Shown: positions 21,180 to 31,446, counted from the stretch's first letter. The stretch: 64,000 nucleotides of DNA from Limnothrix sp. BL-A-16 (GCA_041937175.2 CP166615.1:1472001-1536000); one strand, 5' to 3'. A program made the numbers and translations. The notes: a model not told the origin generated them from the sequence alone.

Positions 21180-22238
21180 ATGTCACGATTTACCTGGAAG
21201 CTTTCTAACGTTAACCGCTGGGGCAAGCAGCTTCAAAAATTGCCAATTATTTTCTTTCTGATTTGTGCCTTGGTGTTCTTTGCCTTCAGCAACTCTAGTA
21301 AGCCGCGTGTATTGGTGCTGAGCAGTTATGCCACGGACTTTGCTTGGACGAAGGACATCAATGTGGGGCTGAGCTGGATTCTGGATAAGAAGCCCTACTC
21401 GATTCAGTATCACTACATGGATACGAAGCGGAATCCTGGTGCGGCTTACAAGGAAAAGGCAGGTCAATTGGCGAGGCGGCTAATTGAGCGCTGGGAACCC
21501 AATGTGATTATTTCGATCGATGACAACGCTCAAGAGTTTGTCGCCAAGCATTTCAACAATCACCCCAAGATTGATATTGTCTACAGCGGGGTGAATGCAG
21601 AAGCCAGCGCCTACGGATTTGACAAAGCCAGCAATGTGACGGGCATTTTGGAGCGGATTCCCTTCCTTTCTCTGAAGGAGATTTTTCTGCAAATTTTGCC
21701 GCCCGATCGCCGTCGCATTGTTCACTATTCCGATGACTCAGAAACATCGGAAGCCATTCACCAAGAAATGGCAAATTTTGACTGGCGGCCGATCGACCTA
21801 ATCGAACACCGAAAAGTAGCTACCTTTGAAGAGTGGAAGCAATTTATCAAGAATTCCGGCAAAATTGCTGACTTTTTGCTGATCACGCACTATCACACGC
21901 TGCGCCGTTCCAGTACCGATGATACGGTGGTGTCGCCGAAGGAAGTGATGAAGTGGACGATCGAGAACTCACCGATCCCTGATATTGGATGCTGGGGATT
22001 TTATGTGGATGATGGCGGCATGTTAGCGGTTGGAATTTCGCCCTATGAAATGGGAGAAGTGGCCGGCAAAATGACGACGGAAATCTTGGAAAATCATCGC
22101 CGCCCCAGCGAAATTCCCAACACGAAAAGCCAGAATTTTGTGATGTATATGCGGGAGTCGCGGCTCAAGCAATATGGCGTTGATCTCCCCAAGGTGTATA
22201 AGGACTTCGCCCACGCCACCAACCACTACTACCAATAG
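21180..22238 (+). CDS. Membrane-anchored solute-binding protein (ABC_sub_bind-like)
   Basis: N-terminal TM, RVLVLSSY...W, YMDTKRN, IISIDDNAQ, YSGVN, NVTGILER, PYEMGEVAG. Confidence 0.8.
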   Translation: MSRFTWKLSNVNRWGKQLQKLPIIFFLICALVFFAFSNSSKPRVLVLSSYATDFAWTKDINVGLSWILDKKPYSIQYHYMDTKRNPGAAYKEKAGQLARRLIERWEPNVIISIDDNAQEFVAKHFNNHPKIDIVYSGVNAEASAYGFDKASNVTGILERIPFLSLKEIFLQILPPDRRRIVHYSDDSETSEAIHQEMANFDWRPIDLIEHRKVATFEEWKQFIKNSGKIADFLLITHYHTLRRSSTDDTVVSPKEVMKWTIENSPIPDIGCWGFYVDDGGMLAVGISPYEMGEVAGKMTTEILENHRRPSEIPNTKSQNFVMYMRESRLKQYGVDLPKVYKDFAHATNHYYQ

Positions 22239-22266
22239 GCTGGCTGAGCAATCCAGAGATTCAGTT

Positions 22267-22311
22267 GGGGTTTAGGGGATCCGAGCCACGGCCCCTGAAC
22301 CCCTTTAATTT
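22267..22311 (+). terminator. Rho-independent terminator after the binding-protein gene
   Basis: Stem GGGGTTTAGGGG...CCCCTGAACCCC followed by TTTAATTT. Confidence 0.7.
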
Positions 22312-22476
22312 GTAATTTTGGGTGTTTTGTCGAACCTTGGGCAGATATTCAGGCTGGCGATGTGGGCTGACATGAGGATCTGCTCGGGTTCTGGCAACGG
22401 GTTCTTGTTCGGTTTGCTGGGTTGGCTCGACTGGCTGAGTTGCGTTCAGTTGTGCTCAGACTTGCTCATGCTAGCA

Positions 22477-22540
22477 GCGTGACCCATTCAGCGTGATCTA
22501 TTCAGGGCGACCCATTTAGGGCGACCCATTTAGGGCAACC
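22477..22540. repeat. Tandem array, about 4.5 x 14 bp
   Basis: gcgtgacccattca/gcgtgatctattca/gggcgacccattta/gggcgacccattta/gggcaacc. Confidence 0.85.
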
Positions 22541-23097
22541 AACGAGGAATTTATGTTCAATCGAAGGGGTTTCTACGTAGAGGGTTGGTGATCGATTTTA
22601 CTTGAATTGATCTGGTTGGCTTTGCTCTTCTTGAGTGGCAATGGCTTAGCCAGAATATGTTTAGGGCACTCTTTTGAATATCGCTCTTGGAATCTCAAGC
22701 TTAATGTCAGTGTAATTTGATGCGCTTGAGTCAAGATCTTTCGGTCTGAGACTAGGTTCGATCATAAAAGCCTATTGAAATTGAGTAGATCTTGTTAGAA
22801 CTTTAAAGATTGTTGTCAATTGCGATTTTGAAATTCCATGAAGAGTAATAGACCATTTTTTGTGAAATCTTGATGATGTTGTTTGATTTTTCTGCGGATT
22901 TTGAAGCAGGAAGATTGAACAGTCAAGGGAAGGCGATCGCGAATTTGAGAATAGGAGACTGAGCATCTTTTGCTATCTCGCTGGGCGGAGCTTGGAGCGA
23001 TTGACCAGCACCCATGACTCTGTTCCTGGATCATGAGCGCTGGGTAAGATGAAGGTGGGGGTAAACACTCGCATCGCATCTCGCTAGCTGCGGATTC

Positions 23098-25218
23098 ATG
23101 GCTGAAGACGAATCAAAGTCATGGTGGCCGCTGCTAAACCTACATTTTGAGTGTGTCTCTCTGAGGTTGTTTGTGAACCGCTGGCGTTGGAGTTGGAATC
23201 CGGCTCGCTGGAAAATTGCGCCCAAGCTGTCGGCGGCTTTGTTGGCTGCGTCGCTGCTGCCAATGAGTCTGACGGCGTTTTATAACCTTCGCCAAAGCCT
23301 GTATACGGTCAAAATGGCGGAGTATAAAAATCTGGAGCTGTTGGCAAAAAGTGTAGCGGCTCGACTGGATCAGTTGCTGATTGACACGCAACGGGTGGGG
23401 ATTCAGGTGGCTAGTGCCCGGGACATTGTGCAATTTGCGGGTTCGGTGGCGGCGAAAGAACCTCAGGAAAAACAGAATTATTGGCGAATTTTGGCGGCTG
23501 AAGCGATCGCGAATGTTCGCAACTCCAATCCTGATTATTTTTCAGTGTTTCTGCTCGATCGCACGGGACGTTGTTTGGTTTCAACGAATCCCAGCAACAT
23601 TGGCAAGTCCTACGCCTTTCGCAATTATTTCCAAGAAGCGCGCCAAGGCAAACTCTACATTTCGGAATGGACGGTGGGATCCACAACGGGTCAGCCGGGG
23701 ATTTTCCTTTCGGTGCCGGTGGTAGCTAAGGGCACGCGCAATCTGCTGGGCGTGGTGGTGATTAAGCTGCGATCGGAGGCAGTGGGCCGCTTGCTCACCA
23801 GCTTGAACCAAAAGGAAGGCGGCTCTGCTTTCTTGGTCGATCAAAACGGAATTGTGATTGCCCACACGGATCGGCGTTGGGTCTATCGCAGCTTGTTGCC
23901 TCTGTCGCCTATGCAGTTGCGCACGATCGACCCGAAAGTCCAGTTTGGTCTCGATCGAATTGAAAGTTTGAATTTGCCGGTGTTGGCGCGATCGCTGCAA
24001 TTGCCCTCCGCTCCCACGGCTGCATCCTCGGCGGTTCCACTGCCCTCCATTACGCCCGCCGCCACCGCCACCCCCAACCAGTCAACGATAGGCCTAGGCC
24101 CGTCATCCTTCGGCAACATTGCCTATCGATCGCCCTTTACGGGCAAAACGGAAATCGTGGGTATGTCGGCTTTGGATATGCGGCCCTGGCGTTTGGCTAT
24201 CACGGAGCCAGAGTCGGTTTTTGTCACGCCGCTGAATGCACTGGCCCATCGCACCACGGCCAGTGTGTTCCTGGTGGGGGGAGCGGTGGCCCTGCTGGCG
24301 CTGGCCCTGGCCCGGAGTATTGTGCGGCCCTTGCACTTGCTCACCCGTGCGGCTCAGGAATTGCGGATGGGGCAGTTTGACCGGGCCCATGTGGACATTC
24401 AGGGCACTGATGAGCTGGGTTTGTTGGCGGCCACCTTTAACCAAATGGTTTCCGGTTTGCGGGAACGGGAACGGGAGCTGAATATTTTTGGGCGAATGGT
24501 GTCGCCTGTGGTGCGCGAACAACTATTACGGGGTGGGGTGGAGCTAGGCGGGCAAACCTGCTGGGTTTCGGTGCTGTTTTCCGATATTCGGGGATTTTCG
24601 ACCCTTTCTGAGCAATTAGATCCCCAAGGGGTGGTGGAATTTTTAAATGAATATATGACGGCGATGACGGAGGCCGTTGCGCCTTGGGGTGGCTATATCA
24701 ATAACTTCATTGGCGATGCGATCGTGGTGGTCTTTGGCGCGCCCGTACCCCAGCCGGATGCGGAGTGGTGTGCGGTGTCGGCGGCGTTGGCCATGCGCGA
24801 TCGCCTGGCGGAGTTGAATGAACATCGGCGCGCCCGTGGCCAAGTACCGATCCAAAGCGGCATCGGCATTGGCACCGGTCAGGCGGTGGCGGGTCAAATT
24901 GGCTCGCTCGATCGCCTGATTTACACCGTGATTGGGGACGCGGTGAACATTGCCGCCCGCCTGGAAACCCTGACCAAACAGTTCCCGGACTATCCCATTT
25001 TGATTAATGAAACCACTGCCCAAGCCCTGCGTGACTATCCAGAGGTGGTGCTCCATTCTCTTGGCCCACAGCGCCTGAAAGGTCGCCATGAGCCGGTGGA
25101 GGTCTATGCACCAATGCGGGCCGAAAGTGTTGTGGGCAGCGGTTCGGCGCGATCGATTGATTTGGCAAGTGATCTGGCGGTCGATCGGCAACAACATCGC
25201 CAATCCGCCACCAGTTAA
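23098..25218 (+). CDS. Class III nucleotide cyclase with periplasmic dCache and HAMP domains
   Basis: TM, Cache (YAFRNYFQEA), TM, HAMP (DELGLLAATFNQM), cyclase (LFSDIRGFS, FIGDA, YTVIGDAVNIAARLE). Start may be GTG at 23173. Confidence 0.92.
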   Translation: MAEDESKSWWPLLNLHFECVSLRLFVNRWRWSWNPARWKIAPKLSAALLAASLLPMSLTAFYNLRQSLYTVKMAEYKNLELLAKSVAARLDQLLIDTQRVGIQVASARDIVQFAGSVAAKEPQEKQNYWRILAAEAIANVRNSNPDYFSVFLLDRTGRCLVSTNPSNIGKSYAFRNYFQEARQGKLYISEWTVGSTTGQPGIFLSVPVVAKGTRNLLGVVVIKLRSEAVGRLLTSLNQKEGGSAFLVDQNGIVIAHTDRRWVYRSLLPLSPMQLRTIDPKVQFGLDRIESLNLPVLARSLQLPSAPTAASSAVPLPSITPAATATPNQSTIGLGPSSFGNIAYRSPFTGKTEIVGMSALDMRPWRLAITEPESVFVTPLNALAHRTTASVFLVGGAVALLALALARSIVRPLHLLTRAAQELRMGQFDRAHVDIQGTDELGLLAATFNQMVSGLRERERELNIFGRMVSPVVREQLLRGGVELGGQTCWVSVLFSDIRGFSTLSEQLDPQGVVEFLNEYMTAMTEAVAPWGGYINNFIGDAIVVVFGAPVPQPDAEWCAVSAALAMRDRLAELNEHRRARGQVPIQSGIGIGTGQAVAGQIGSLDRLIYTVIGDAVNIAARLETLTKQFPDYPILINETTAQALRDYPEVVLHSLGPQRLKGRHEPVEVYAPMRAESVVGSGSARSIDLASDLAVDRQQHRQSATS

Positions 25219-25440
25219 CCCAGAAGAACCATCCAGGCGATCGGCCACACGATTTAGGGCAATAGCGGCCAGCGTTTCCCTTGCCAGAGTCGCCCCTAGA
25301 CCGGGTGGCTGCCTTAATTCGCTGGGTTAAATGACATGGCTGTTACCGTCACCTGATCGTTAAGCAGCAAGATGCTCAAGCCCCTTGTTACCACGACTGG
25401 CTCCGCAACTTTGACCCAATGTATTGAGCCTGTCATGCTA

Positions 25441-26220
25441 CTAGACCGGGTGGCGCAAAACGCGGATCAGCGTGCCCTGGGGTGGCAGATTCTCTGGCCG
25501 CAGGGTCATGGTTTCCGTGTTCAAGGTTTTGATGTCGTAGCCGCTCATCAAGTTCAAGAAAGCCTCTAGACCATCCAGATCACATTGGCTATCGGCGGCC
25601 GCCGTGCGGTACTGGCTGGGGATCACCACCTTGGGTTGCAACGACTCGATCGCCCGTTTTGCTTCCTCAGCGTTATAGGCCTTCGATCCGCCGCCCACCG
25701 GCACAATCGCCACATCGGGCCGCCCCATCAGAATTTTTTCTTCCACGCCCAAAGGAGCCGCAATGCCGCCCAAGTGCAGGACGGAGATGCCCCCCTGCTT
25801 CCAGCGCCAAACCACATTGTCGCCAAATCGCCGCCCCCCAAATCGATCGTGGGCGGTGCGAATGCCTTGGAATTGGTTACCGCGAAACTCAAATGTCCCC
25901 GGCTCAAACAGCAAACTGGGATTGCCCGGCAGGTTGCTGACAAATCCCTCATCAAGCAGTTGGCTGCTGATGGTTACGAGATCGGCGGTGAAGTTGGGCG
26001 ATCGATAACCGGCGGTGCAACCCAGCGTGTTGAAAGGATTACTCAGGATCCGTAGACCACCCCCGGTGAAGGCAAAGCAAGTGTGGCCCAAGGCCTGAAT
26101 CGTTAAGCCATCGGCGGCTTGGGCTGAAGTTGCATGGCTCCCGATCGCACTGGCCAGGGCGGCCCCTGCACCCATCAGGCCATATCGCAGAATTTGCCGC
26201 CGATTGATCCACCGATCCAT
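25441..26220 (-). CDS. Tat-exported MBL-fold metallo-hydrolase-like protein
   Basis: NRRQIL twin-arginine signal; LGHTCF, HLGG, VPVGG; metal-binding motif degenerate. Confidence 0.8.
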   Translation of the reverse strand: MDRWINRRQILRYGLMGAGAALASAIGSHATSAQAADGLTIQALGHTCFAFTGGGLRILSNPFNTLGCTAGYRSPNFTADLVTISSQLLDEGFVSNLPGNPSLLFEPGTFEFRGNQFQGIRTAHDRFGGRRFGDNVVWRWKQGGISVLHLGGIAAPLGVEEKILMGRPDVAIVPVGGGSKAYNAEEAKRAIESLQPKVVIPSQYRTAAADSQCDLDGLEAFLNLMSGYDIKTLNTETMTLRPENLPPQGTLIRVLRHPV

Positions 26221-26491
26221 AAAATTCCTCGCACCGTTTGAGATTGATTAGGGATTGAATTGATTAGAGACTGAGTTGATCTGAATTTGGATGGGAACTT
26301 CAGGGACGCTTTGGGATCTCGCGTTGAAAACTCCCTTTGGGAAACGCTCTGAAAACTCTTTGGATGAACTCTTTGCGTAAACTTTTGAGGTGAACTTTCT
26401 TGGGAACGCTTTGCGCACTCATCAACACGATCGAATCAACGTGATTGACCCGATCGACCGCAGAAACCAGGAGCCAGGATGCTCAGGATTC

Positions 26492-27112
26492 TTAGACCAA
26501 AGCGGCAGATTGGTGGAACTGGGCCACCGCCGTCAGCCAATTCGAGAGCAGTTGCTTACCGGCATTGGTCAGAATACTTTCGGGATGAAACTGAACCCCT
26601 TCAATGTGGGGATAGTCCCGATGGCGCACGCCCATAATGGTTCCGTCAGCCACCCAAGCGGTAATTTCTAACTGTTCCGGGCAGCTTTCGCGCTCAATGA
26701 CCAAACTATGATACCGAGTCGCGGTCATGGGGGATTCAATGCCTTGAAAGACTCCCATATTACGATGCTCGATCGGGGAGGTTTTGCCATGCATCAGTTC
26801 CGGCGCACGTACCACCTTGCCCCCAAATACTTGGCCGATACTTTGGTGACCCAAACAAACCCCAAACACCGGCAGAGTTGGCCCCAACTCCCGAATGATG
26901 TCTAGGGAAATTCCCGCTTCGTCCGGTGTGCCGGGGCCGGGCGAAATGGTGATGCCATCGGGCTTCAGTTCCCGAATTTGATCCAGGGTGATCTTATCGT
27001 TGCGAAAAACCTGAATATCCCGAGCGATCGGGTGGGTTTGGCCCAACTCGCCAAAGTATTGAACGAGGTTGTAGGTGAAACTGTCGTAGTTGTCGATGAC
27101 AAGGACGGTCAT
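26492..27112 (-). CDS. trpG: Anthranilate/aminodeoxychorismate synthase component II (glutamine amidotransferase)
   Basis: [36 protein letters not shown]. Confidence 0.93.
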   Translation of the reverse strand: MTVLVIDNYDSFTYNLVQYFGELGQTHPIARDIQVFRNDKITLDQIRELKPDGITISPGPGTPDEAGISLDIIRELGPTLPVFGVCLGHQSIGQVFGGKVVRAPELMHGKTSPIEHRNMGVFQGIESPMTATRYHSLVIERESCPEQLEITAWVADGTIMGVRHRDYPHIEGVQFHPESILTNAGKQLLSNWLTAVAQFHQSAALV

Positions 27113-27320
27113 GGCGGGCGATCGGGAAAGGATGCAGTGCCAGAAGCGATCGGGCGATCGCCATTCTGAACCTAGGGTTTAACTATACCGGCATCGGCTT
27201 CGATCGACACGGACTCTTTGGCCAGCGGCTCCGTAGATAAGGGCCCATCGCCCCCAGCGCCCAACCCTCCCGAACATCCGAGGCAATTGGTTTCCAGCCA
27301 GCCACCCACAGACGATCTGA

Positions 27321-27451
27321 GAGGATGTCTGAAAAGTATCTTTCGGCCCGAACTAAGCACCAATAGTCGTGGCAGCAAGGGGCTTAAGCCCCTTGTTTCC
27401 GTCGATCGCTGGAGCAAGCATTGTATTAATTTTGGCTTTTCAGACATCCTC
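27321..27451 (+). mobile_element. 131-bp MITE, copy 1
   Basis: Perfect 16-bp TIR GAGGATGTCTGAAAAG/CTTTTCAGACATCCTC, TGA target duplication, central palindrome CAAGGGGCTTAAGCCCCTTG. Confidence 0.9.
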
Positions 27452-27554
27452 TGAGATTGACACCAATTTCACGCCCCTCCTATTGCTTTGAATGCCTTGC
27501 CCAAAAACTTTGGCCATTCTCTTGCCAACAGTTCTCCTCGCCACCGTTTCAACG

Positions 27555-28022
27555 TCAGCGGCGACCTCCTGACGGCCACAATTTCCCGATCAACAAACCA
27601 ATCACAAACACTGCCAATTCATAACCACCGACCAGGCCCAACAACACCAGAAAAACCGCAAAAACACCCACAGCCGGATAGTCAACAACCATCTTTTTAG
27701 ATAAAAGTTGGGCGCGATATCGCTCATAGGATTGTGAATAGGCCTCCGGGGTGAGGGTTAAACCCTTTTGATAATCCTGTTGGCTCACCTTCAGAAATAA
27801 CTGGCTGAATCCTCCTGTCACGAGCAACAACACAATCAGCTTGGCCAAGAGCCGATTCCTAGTCGATGTTTGAAAAGTAATGGTGTTGGTGGCTGCAACC
27901 GTAACTGAATGATTGGCTGAATTGCTTGATGGATTATTTCCTGGATAATTTGTAGTATTTTCAGGAATGTTTTCGGGAGTATTTTCGGGCTGAGTCTCTG
28001 CGTTTGAGCGGTCATTCGTCAT
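27555..28022 (-). CDS. Hypothetical membrane protein (2 TM) with Asn/Pro-rich repeat N-terminus
   Basis: PENT-PENI-PENT repeats and two hydrophobic segments. Start 28022 or 28085. Confidence 0.6.
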   Translation of the reverse strand: MTNDRSNAETQPENTPENIPENTTNYPGNNPSSNSANHSVTVAATNTITFQTSTRNRLLAKLIVLLLVTGGFSQLFLKVSQQDYQKGLTLTPEAYSQSYERYRAQLLSKKMVVDYPAVGVFAVFLVLLGLVGGYELAVFVIGLLIGKLWPSGGRR

Positions 28023-28178
28023 CGATCGATCCCCCCATCTTGATTCAACTGAGCGGTGAGCTGCTGAGTTGTCACATCGAGTCATCCTCTACGGTTATCC
28101 CCTGACCGCACAAAATTGGCCAAGCTTTTTAGAATGGGAGATGGTTCCCGCTCATCCTTGCCTCCTTGAAACAGTGCT

Positions 28179-28943
28179 ATGACCCTTGCCCTGCCTAATC
28201 CTCAGCCCCGATCGCCCATTTCCGATCGCCCGCCAGTTATTCAACTCTCCGAGATCTACAAAATCTATGGCAGCGACAACACCGAAGTGCGCGCCTTGAA
28301 TGGGGTCAACTTGGTGGTGGACAGTGGTGAATATTGCTCAATTATGGGCGCATCGGGTTCCGGCAAATCCACCATGATGAATGTGATTGGTTGCCTCGAT
28401 CGCCCCAGTTCCGGGCGCTATCGGCTTGATGGCATTGACGTGGCCGAACTGAACGAAAAAGACCTGGCCACGGTTCGCAATCGAAAGCTGGGGTTTGTGT
28501 TTCAGCAATTTCACCTGCTGCCCCAACTGAGTGCCCTGGAAAATGTCATGTTGCCGATGGTCTACGCGGGGGTGTCCAGTGGGGAGCGACGACAGCGGGC
28601 CTTGGACGCTTTGGGCCGAGTGGGTTTGGGGAATCGGGTGAATAATCGACCCAACCAACTGTCTGGGGGGCAGCAACAGCGGGTGGCCATTGCGCGCGCG
28701 ATTGTGAACCGCCCGATCGTACTGTTGGCCGACGAACCAACCGGCGCACTGGACACCAAAACCACCCAAGAAGTGCTGGATATTTTTGAAGAATTAAACC
28801 AAAGCGGCATGACCGTGGTGATGGTGACCCACGAACCGGAGGTGGCCCGTCGTACCCATCGTGTGGTTTGGTTTCGGGATGGGCAGGTTTTGCACGATCG
28901 CCTCCATCCCGAAGATTTGGGACAAGTGACCTCTGTTGCCTAA
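28179..28943 (+). CDS. ABC transporter ATP-binding protein (LolD/MacB-like)
   Basis: GASGSGKS, GFVFQQFHL, LSGGQQQR, LLADEPTGALD, VTH. Confidence 0.93.
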   Translation: MTLALPNPQPRSPISDRPPVIQLSEIYKIYGSDNTEVRALNGVNLVVDSGEYCSIMGASGSGKSTMMNVIGCLDRPSSGRYRLDGIDVAELNEKDLATVRNRKLGFVFQQFHLLPQLSALENVMLPMVYAGVSSGERRQRALDALGRVGLGNRVNNRPNQLSGGQQQRVAIARAIVNRPIVLLADEPTGALDTKTTQEVLDIFEELNQSGMTVVMVTHEPEVARRTHRVVWFRDGQVLHDRLHPEDLGQVTSVA

Positions 28944-29018
28944 ACGTTTGAAAAGTCTGAAATCATCAGCGATCATCGGGACTCATCAAATCACGAAAAT
29001 CCCAAGAATCAACCTTCC

Positions 29019-29453
29019 CTAAATCTGAGGCTGAGGCTCCTCAAAAAGCTTTAGCCAAACTGCCAGTTCTGGAGGCATTACGCGCCGTTTTCGAGTCTCT
29101 TGGTCAATGCAAACATGGCGCGTGAATGCCTGGGCTGTGTGAAAGTCCCGCTGCGATCCTTCAAAGAAGAATTCATATTCACACCGAAATTCGCTTTCCT
29201 GGATCGCATAAACCCGCATCACAATTTCCAGGCGATCGCCACAGGACATGGGCTGAAAAAATTTCGCTCCCGTTTCCACGATCGGCATTACCCAAGGCTG
29301 CGATCGGCTGAAAAAATGTTTGGCATTAACCCCCGAAGCCATCAGCGAGGTTTCATAGACCTCGTGGGCCCATTCCAATAGCCGCGAAAAATACATTACC
29401 CCTGCGGCATCGGTTTCGCCAAAGCGAACGGTACGATGATAGGTAAAAGCCAT
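29019..29453 (-). CDS. Hotdog-fold acyl-CoA thioesterase (probable 1,4-dihydroxy-2-naphthoyl-CoA hydrolase)
   Basis: RTVRFGETDAAGVMYF...HEVYE, TRHVCID. Confidence 0.82.
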   Translation of the reverse strand: MAFTYHRTVRFGETDAAGVMYFSRLLEWAHEVYETSLMASGVNAKHFFSRSQPWVMPIVETGAKFFQPMSCGDRLEIVMRVYAIQESEFRCEYEFFFEGSQRDFHTAQAFTRHVCIDQETRKRRVMPPELAVWLKLFEEPQPQI

Positions 29454-29887
29454 GAATGATAGTTTGAATTGATCAACATGAATAATAAATTGAACTGCTT
29501 AAATTAAACGTCAACCTGAGTTGCTGTGGGATGACTAATGTTTAAGGGTGCGATCGCTGGGAGACTCGGATGGTTCGATCGGGGTGGCGGTCATGGAATT
29601 CACTCCGGATTTAACTGGCGAGGAAATTGGTTGAGCCAAGGGAATAGCCGCTGAGGAACAACAACTTCGGTGCGATCGCGCCCTTGTCCCTCATCGTATC
29701 GGCACTTTAGCGGCCTTAGGGGTTGACATTCCGTGGGTTTAGTATTGCTCAACTCATAAACTGCTACAGACTATAGAAAATCAGATTTTGAAGAAAGCAT
29801 AAGATATCTATCATTGCTTGAAACTGCATGATATGGTATTCAGAGCTAGCACTTCAAAAGTGTGTGTAAAAATGCAGGTAAGTAAGC

Positions 29888-30082
29888 ATGAATGAACTGC
29901 CAGAGCAAGACGCTGAAGATCTATATTCTCAATATCTACAGCAACAGCCGGTAGAAACGCAACAGGAAGGAGATGATCTAAAAGAATACCTTCTTGAAAT
30001 AGAAGAGCGATTGGATAAATTGGAAAATCAATTTGAAAAACTAGAAAATATAGTCAGGAAGATTGCTGGCAAGTTGAAATAG
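29888..30082 (+). CDS. Small acidic coiled-coil hypothetical protein
   Basis: 64-aa ATG ORF in AT-rich DNA with heptads LLEIEERLDKLENQFEKLE. Confidence 0.5.
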   Translation: MNELPEQDAEDLYSQYLQQQPVETQQEGDDLKEYLLEIEERLDKLENQFEKLENIVRKIAGKLK

Positions 30083-30130
30083 TTCTTGTGAAGCAATTCA
30101 TGATTTTGCGGGACAAGTATTGCCTAACTA

Positions 30131-30154
30131 GTAGGGTGGGCAATGTACACCTAC
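30131..30154 (+). repeat. Degenerate GTAG-type REP-like palindrome
   Basis: GTAGGGTGGGCAATGTACACCTAC. Confidence 0.45.
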
Positions 30155-30250
30155 AGTCCATACTGAAGCAGTTTGATCATGTTTCGGGAACGGGTGATTA
30201 TTGTTTTGAGGATGATTGCTGCCCTGTTTGACCGATACCCTATTGTTACC

Positions 30251-30862
30251 CTACGATAAAACGCCGACCAGAATTGGCAATAGTGCCCCTAAATCGGCTG
30301 GGACTCGATATAGATTTAAATCTTGAATAACCTGGCTATTGATTCGATCGAACCGGCCAAATTGCCAAATCGTTCCCGTTGAAACAGCTCCGTAGAGCAG
30401 CGGTGCATCCGACTCTAGCCACCGATCGAGTGCAATCATCTCGATCGCCAATTGCAAAAATCCTCGCTCTAAATCTTCATTCTTCGCTTCAATTACCAAA
30501 AATCTCGTCTGAGTTTCTAATAAATAATCCAGTGATCCTTTCAGTTGTGGACTCACCACGATCGGGTATTCCACATTTAATGTCGCTTCGGTATAGTGCA
30601 ACACCTCCATCAATACCGGCGCAATCAAGAATTCCCGCCGTGCCATTTCGCTATTCAAGCTGATACGCGGCAAGCTTTCTAGGATGCGTGACTTTAAATC
30701 CCCCAGGCGATCGAGTTCTCCTGAATAGCAAGGAAGCGTTAGCAGTTGTCGATCGAGCGCCACATTAAAATAGCTCAAGATATCTTGAGGCGCAAAATTC
30801 AGCTTGAAATAATCCGCAAAGCTATAGGCGCGATCGGGCTGAATAATTGGTAGTTTGGGCAT
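30251..30862 (-). CDS. PD-(D/E)XK nuclease-like hypothetical protein
   Basis: EMARREFLIAPVL, NVEY, GSLDYLL, VIEAK, QLAIEM, YGAVSTGTIWQF. Confidence 0.7.
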   Translation of the reverse strand: MPKLPIIQPDRAYSFADYFKLNFAPQDILSYFNVALDRQLLTLPCYSGELDRLGDLKSRILESLPRISLNSEMARREFLIAPVLMEVLHYTEATLNVEYPIVVSPQLKGSLDYLLETQTRFLVIEAKNEDLERGFLQLAIEMIALDRWLESDAPLLYGAVSTGTIWQFGRFDRINSQVIQDLNLYRVPADLGALLPILVGVLS

Positions 30863-30918
30863 AATCTTGGGCGATTGACACTGGGGGCATTGATTTAAGG
30901 ATAGCCAGTTTCACCCAA

Positions 30919-31068
30919 CGATCGCCCCTTGCACCCTTGCTGTCGCTTTAAGCACCGTCCGCTGGACTTCCTAGAATAGAAGATAAGCACCGGAACGCTT
31001 TGAGAGGCTCGCACACCGTGGTTGCAACTGTCCCCAATCCTTACGAAGACCGCACCCAGTCGATCGCC
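30919..31068 (+). repeat. 150-bp direct repeat, copy A (duplicate of the putA promoter and 5' end)
   Basis: Near-identical to 31895-32044 (a few substitutions); begins and ends with CGATCGCC. Confidence 0.93.
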
Positions 31069-31086
31069 TCATAAGCTACGGTTAAA

Positions 31087-31446
31087 ATGGCGCTGGACTT
31101 GCATGGGATGCGATTGCCTATGATTTCGCTACCGATCGAGTGGCCGACTGAGGCGATCGCGGCCTGGGGCGATCGCTGGTTGGTGTCTGAGTTATCGCTG
31201 TTTGGATCGATTTTGCGTCAGGATTTTCGTGCGGATAGTGATATCGATTGTCTTGTCTCGTTCAGACCCGAGGCAGATTGGAGCCTACTCGACCATTTGC
31301 AAATGCAGCAGGAGTTAATCGAGATTTTGAGACGAGATGTGGATCTGGTGAGTAAACGGGCGATCGATCGTAGTCAGAACTGGCTCCGCCGCCAGGAAAT
31401 TCTTTCTACTGCCCAAGTCATTTACACAGGGCCGGTTTATGCCTAG
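31087..31446 (+). CDS. MNT (minimal nucleotidyltransferase) antitoxin, MntA-like
   Basis: GSx10DxD motif LFGSILRQDFRADSDID; VDLV. Start may be 31120. Confidence 0.9.
   Translation: MALDLHGMRLPMISLPIEWPTEAIAAWGDRWLVSELSLFGSILRQDFRADSDIDCLVSFRPEADWSLLDHLQMQQELIEILRRDVDLVSKRAIDRSQNWLRRQEILSTAQVIYTGPVYA

Noticed and set aside
19209..25218. Pycsar-type anti-phage system (cyclase plus cNMP-binding membrane effector)
   Set aside because: The cyclase is a membrane Cache-HAMP receptor and the partner is a full transporter with a binding protein, unlike the compact two-gene Pycsar layout. Kept as a signalling hypothesis instead
27172..27454. Small ORFs overlapping the MITE copies (also near 44.1, 49.3 and 53.3 kb)
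   Set aside because: They derive from the repeat itself, with no independent coding evidence
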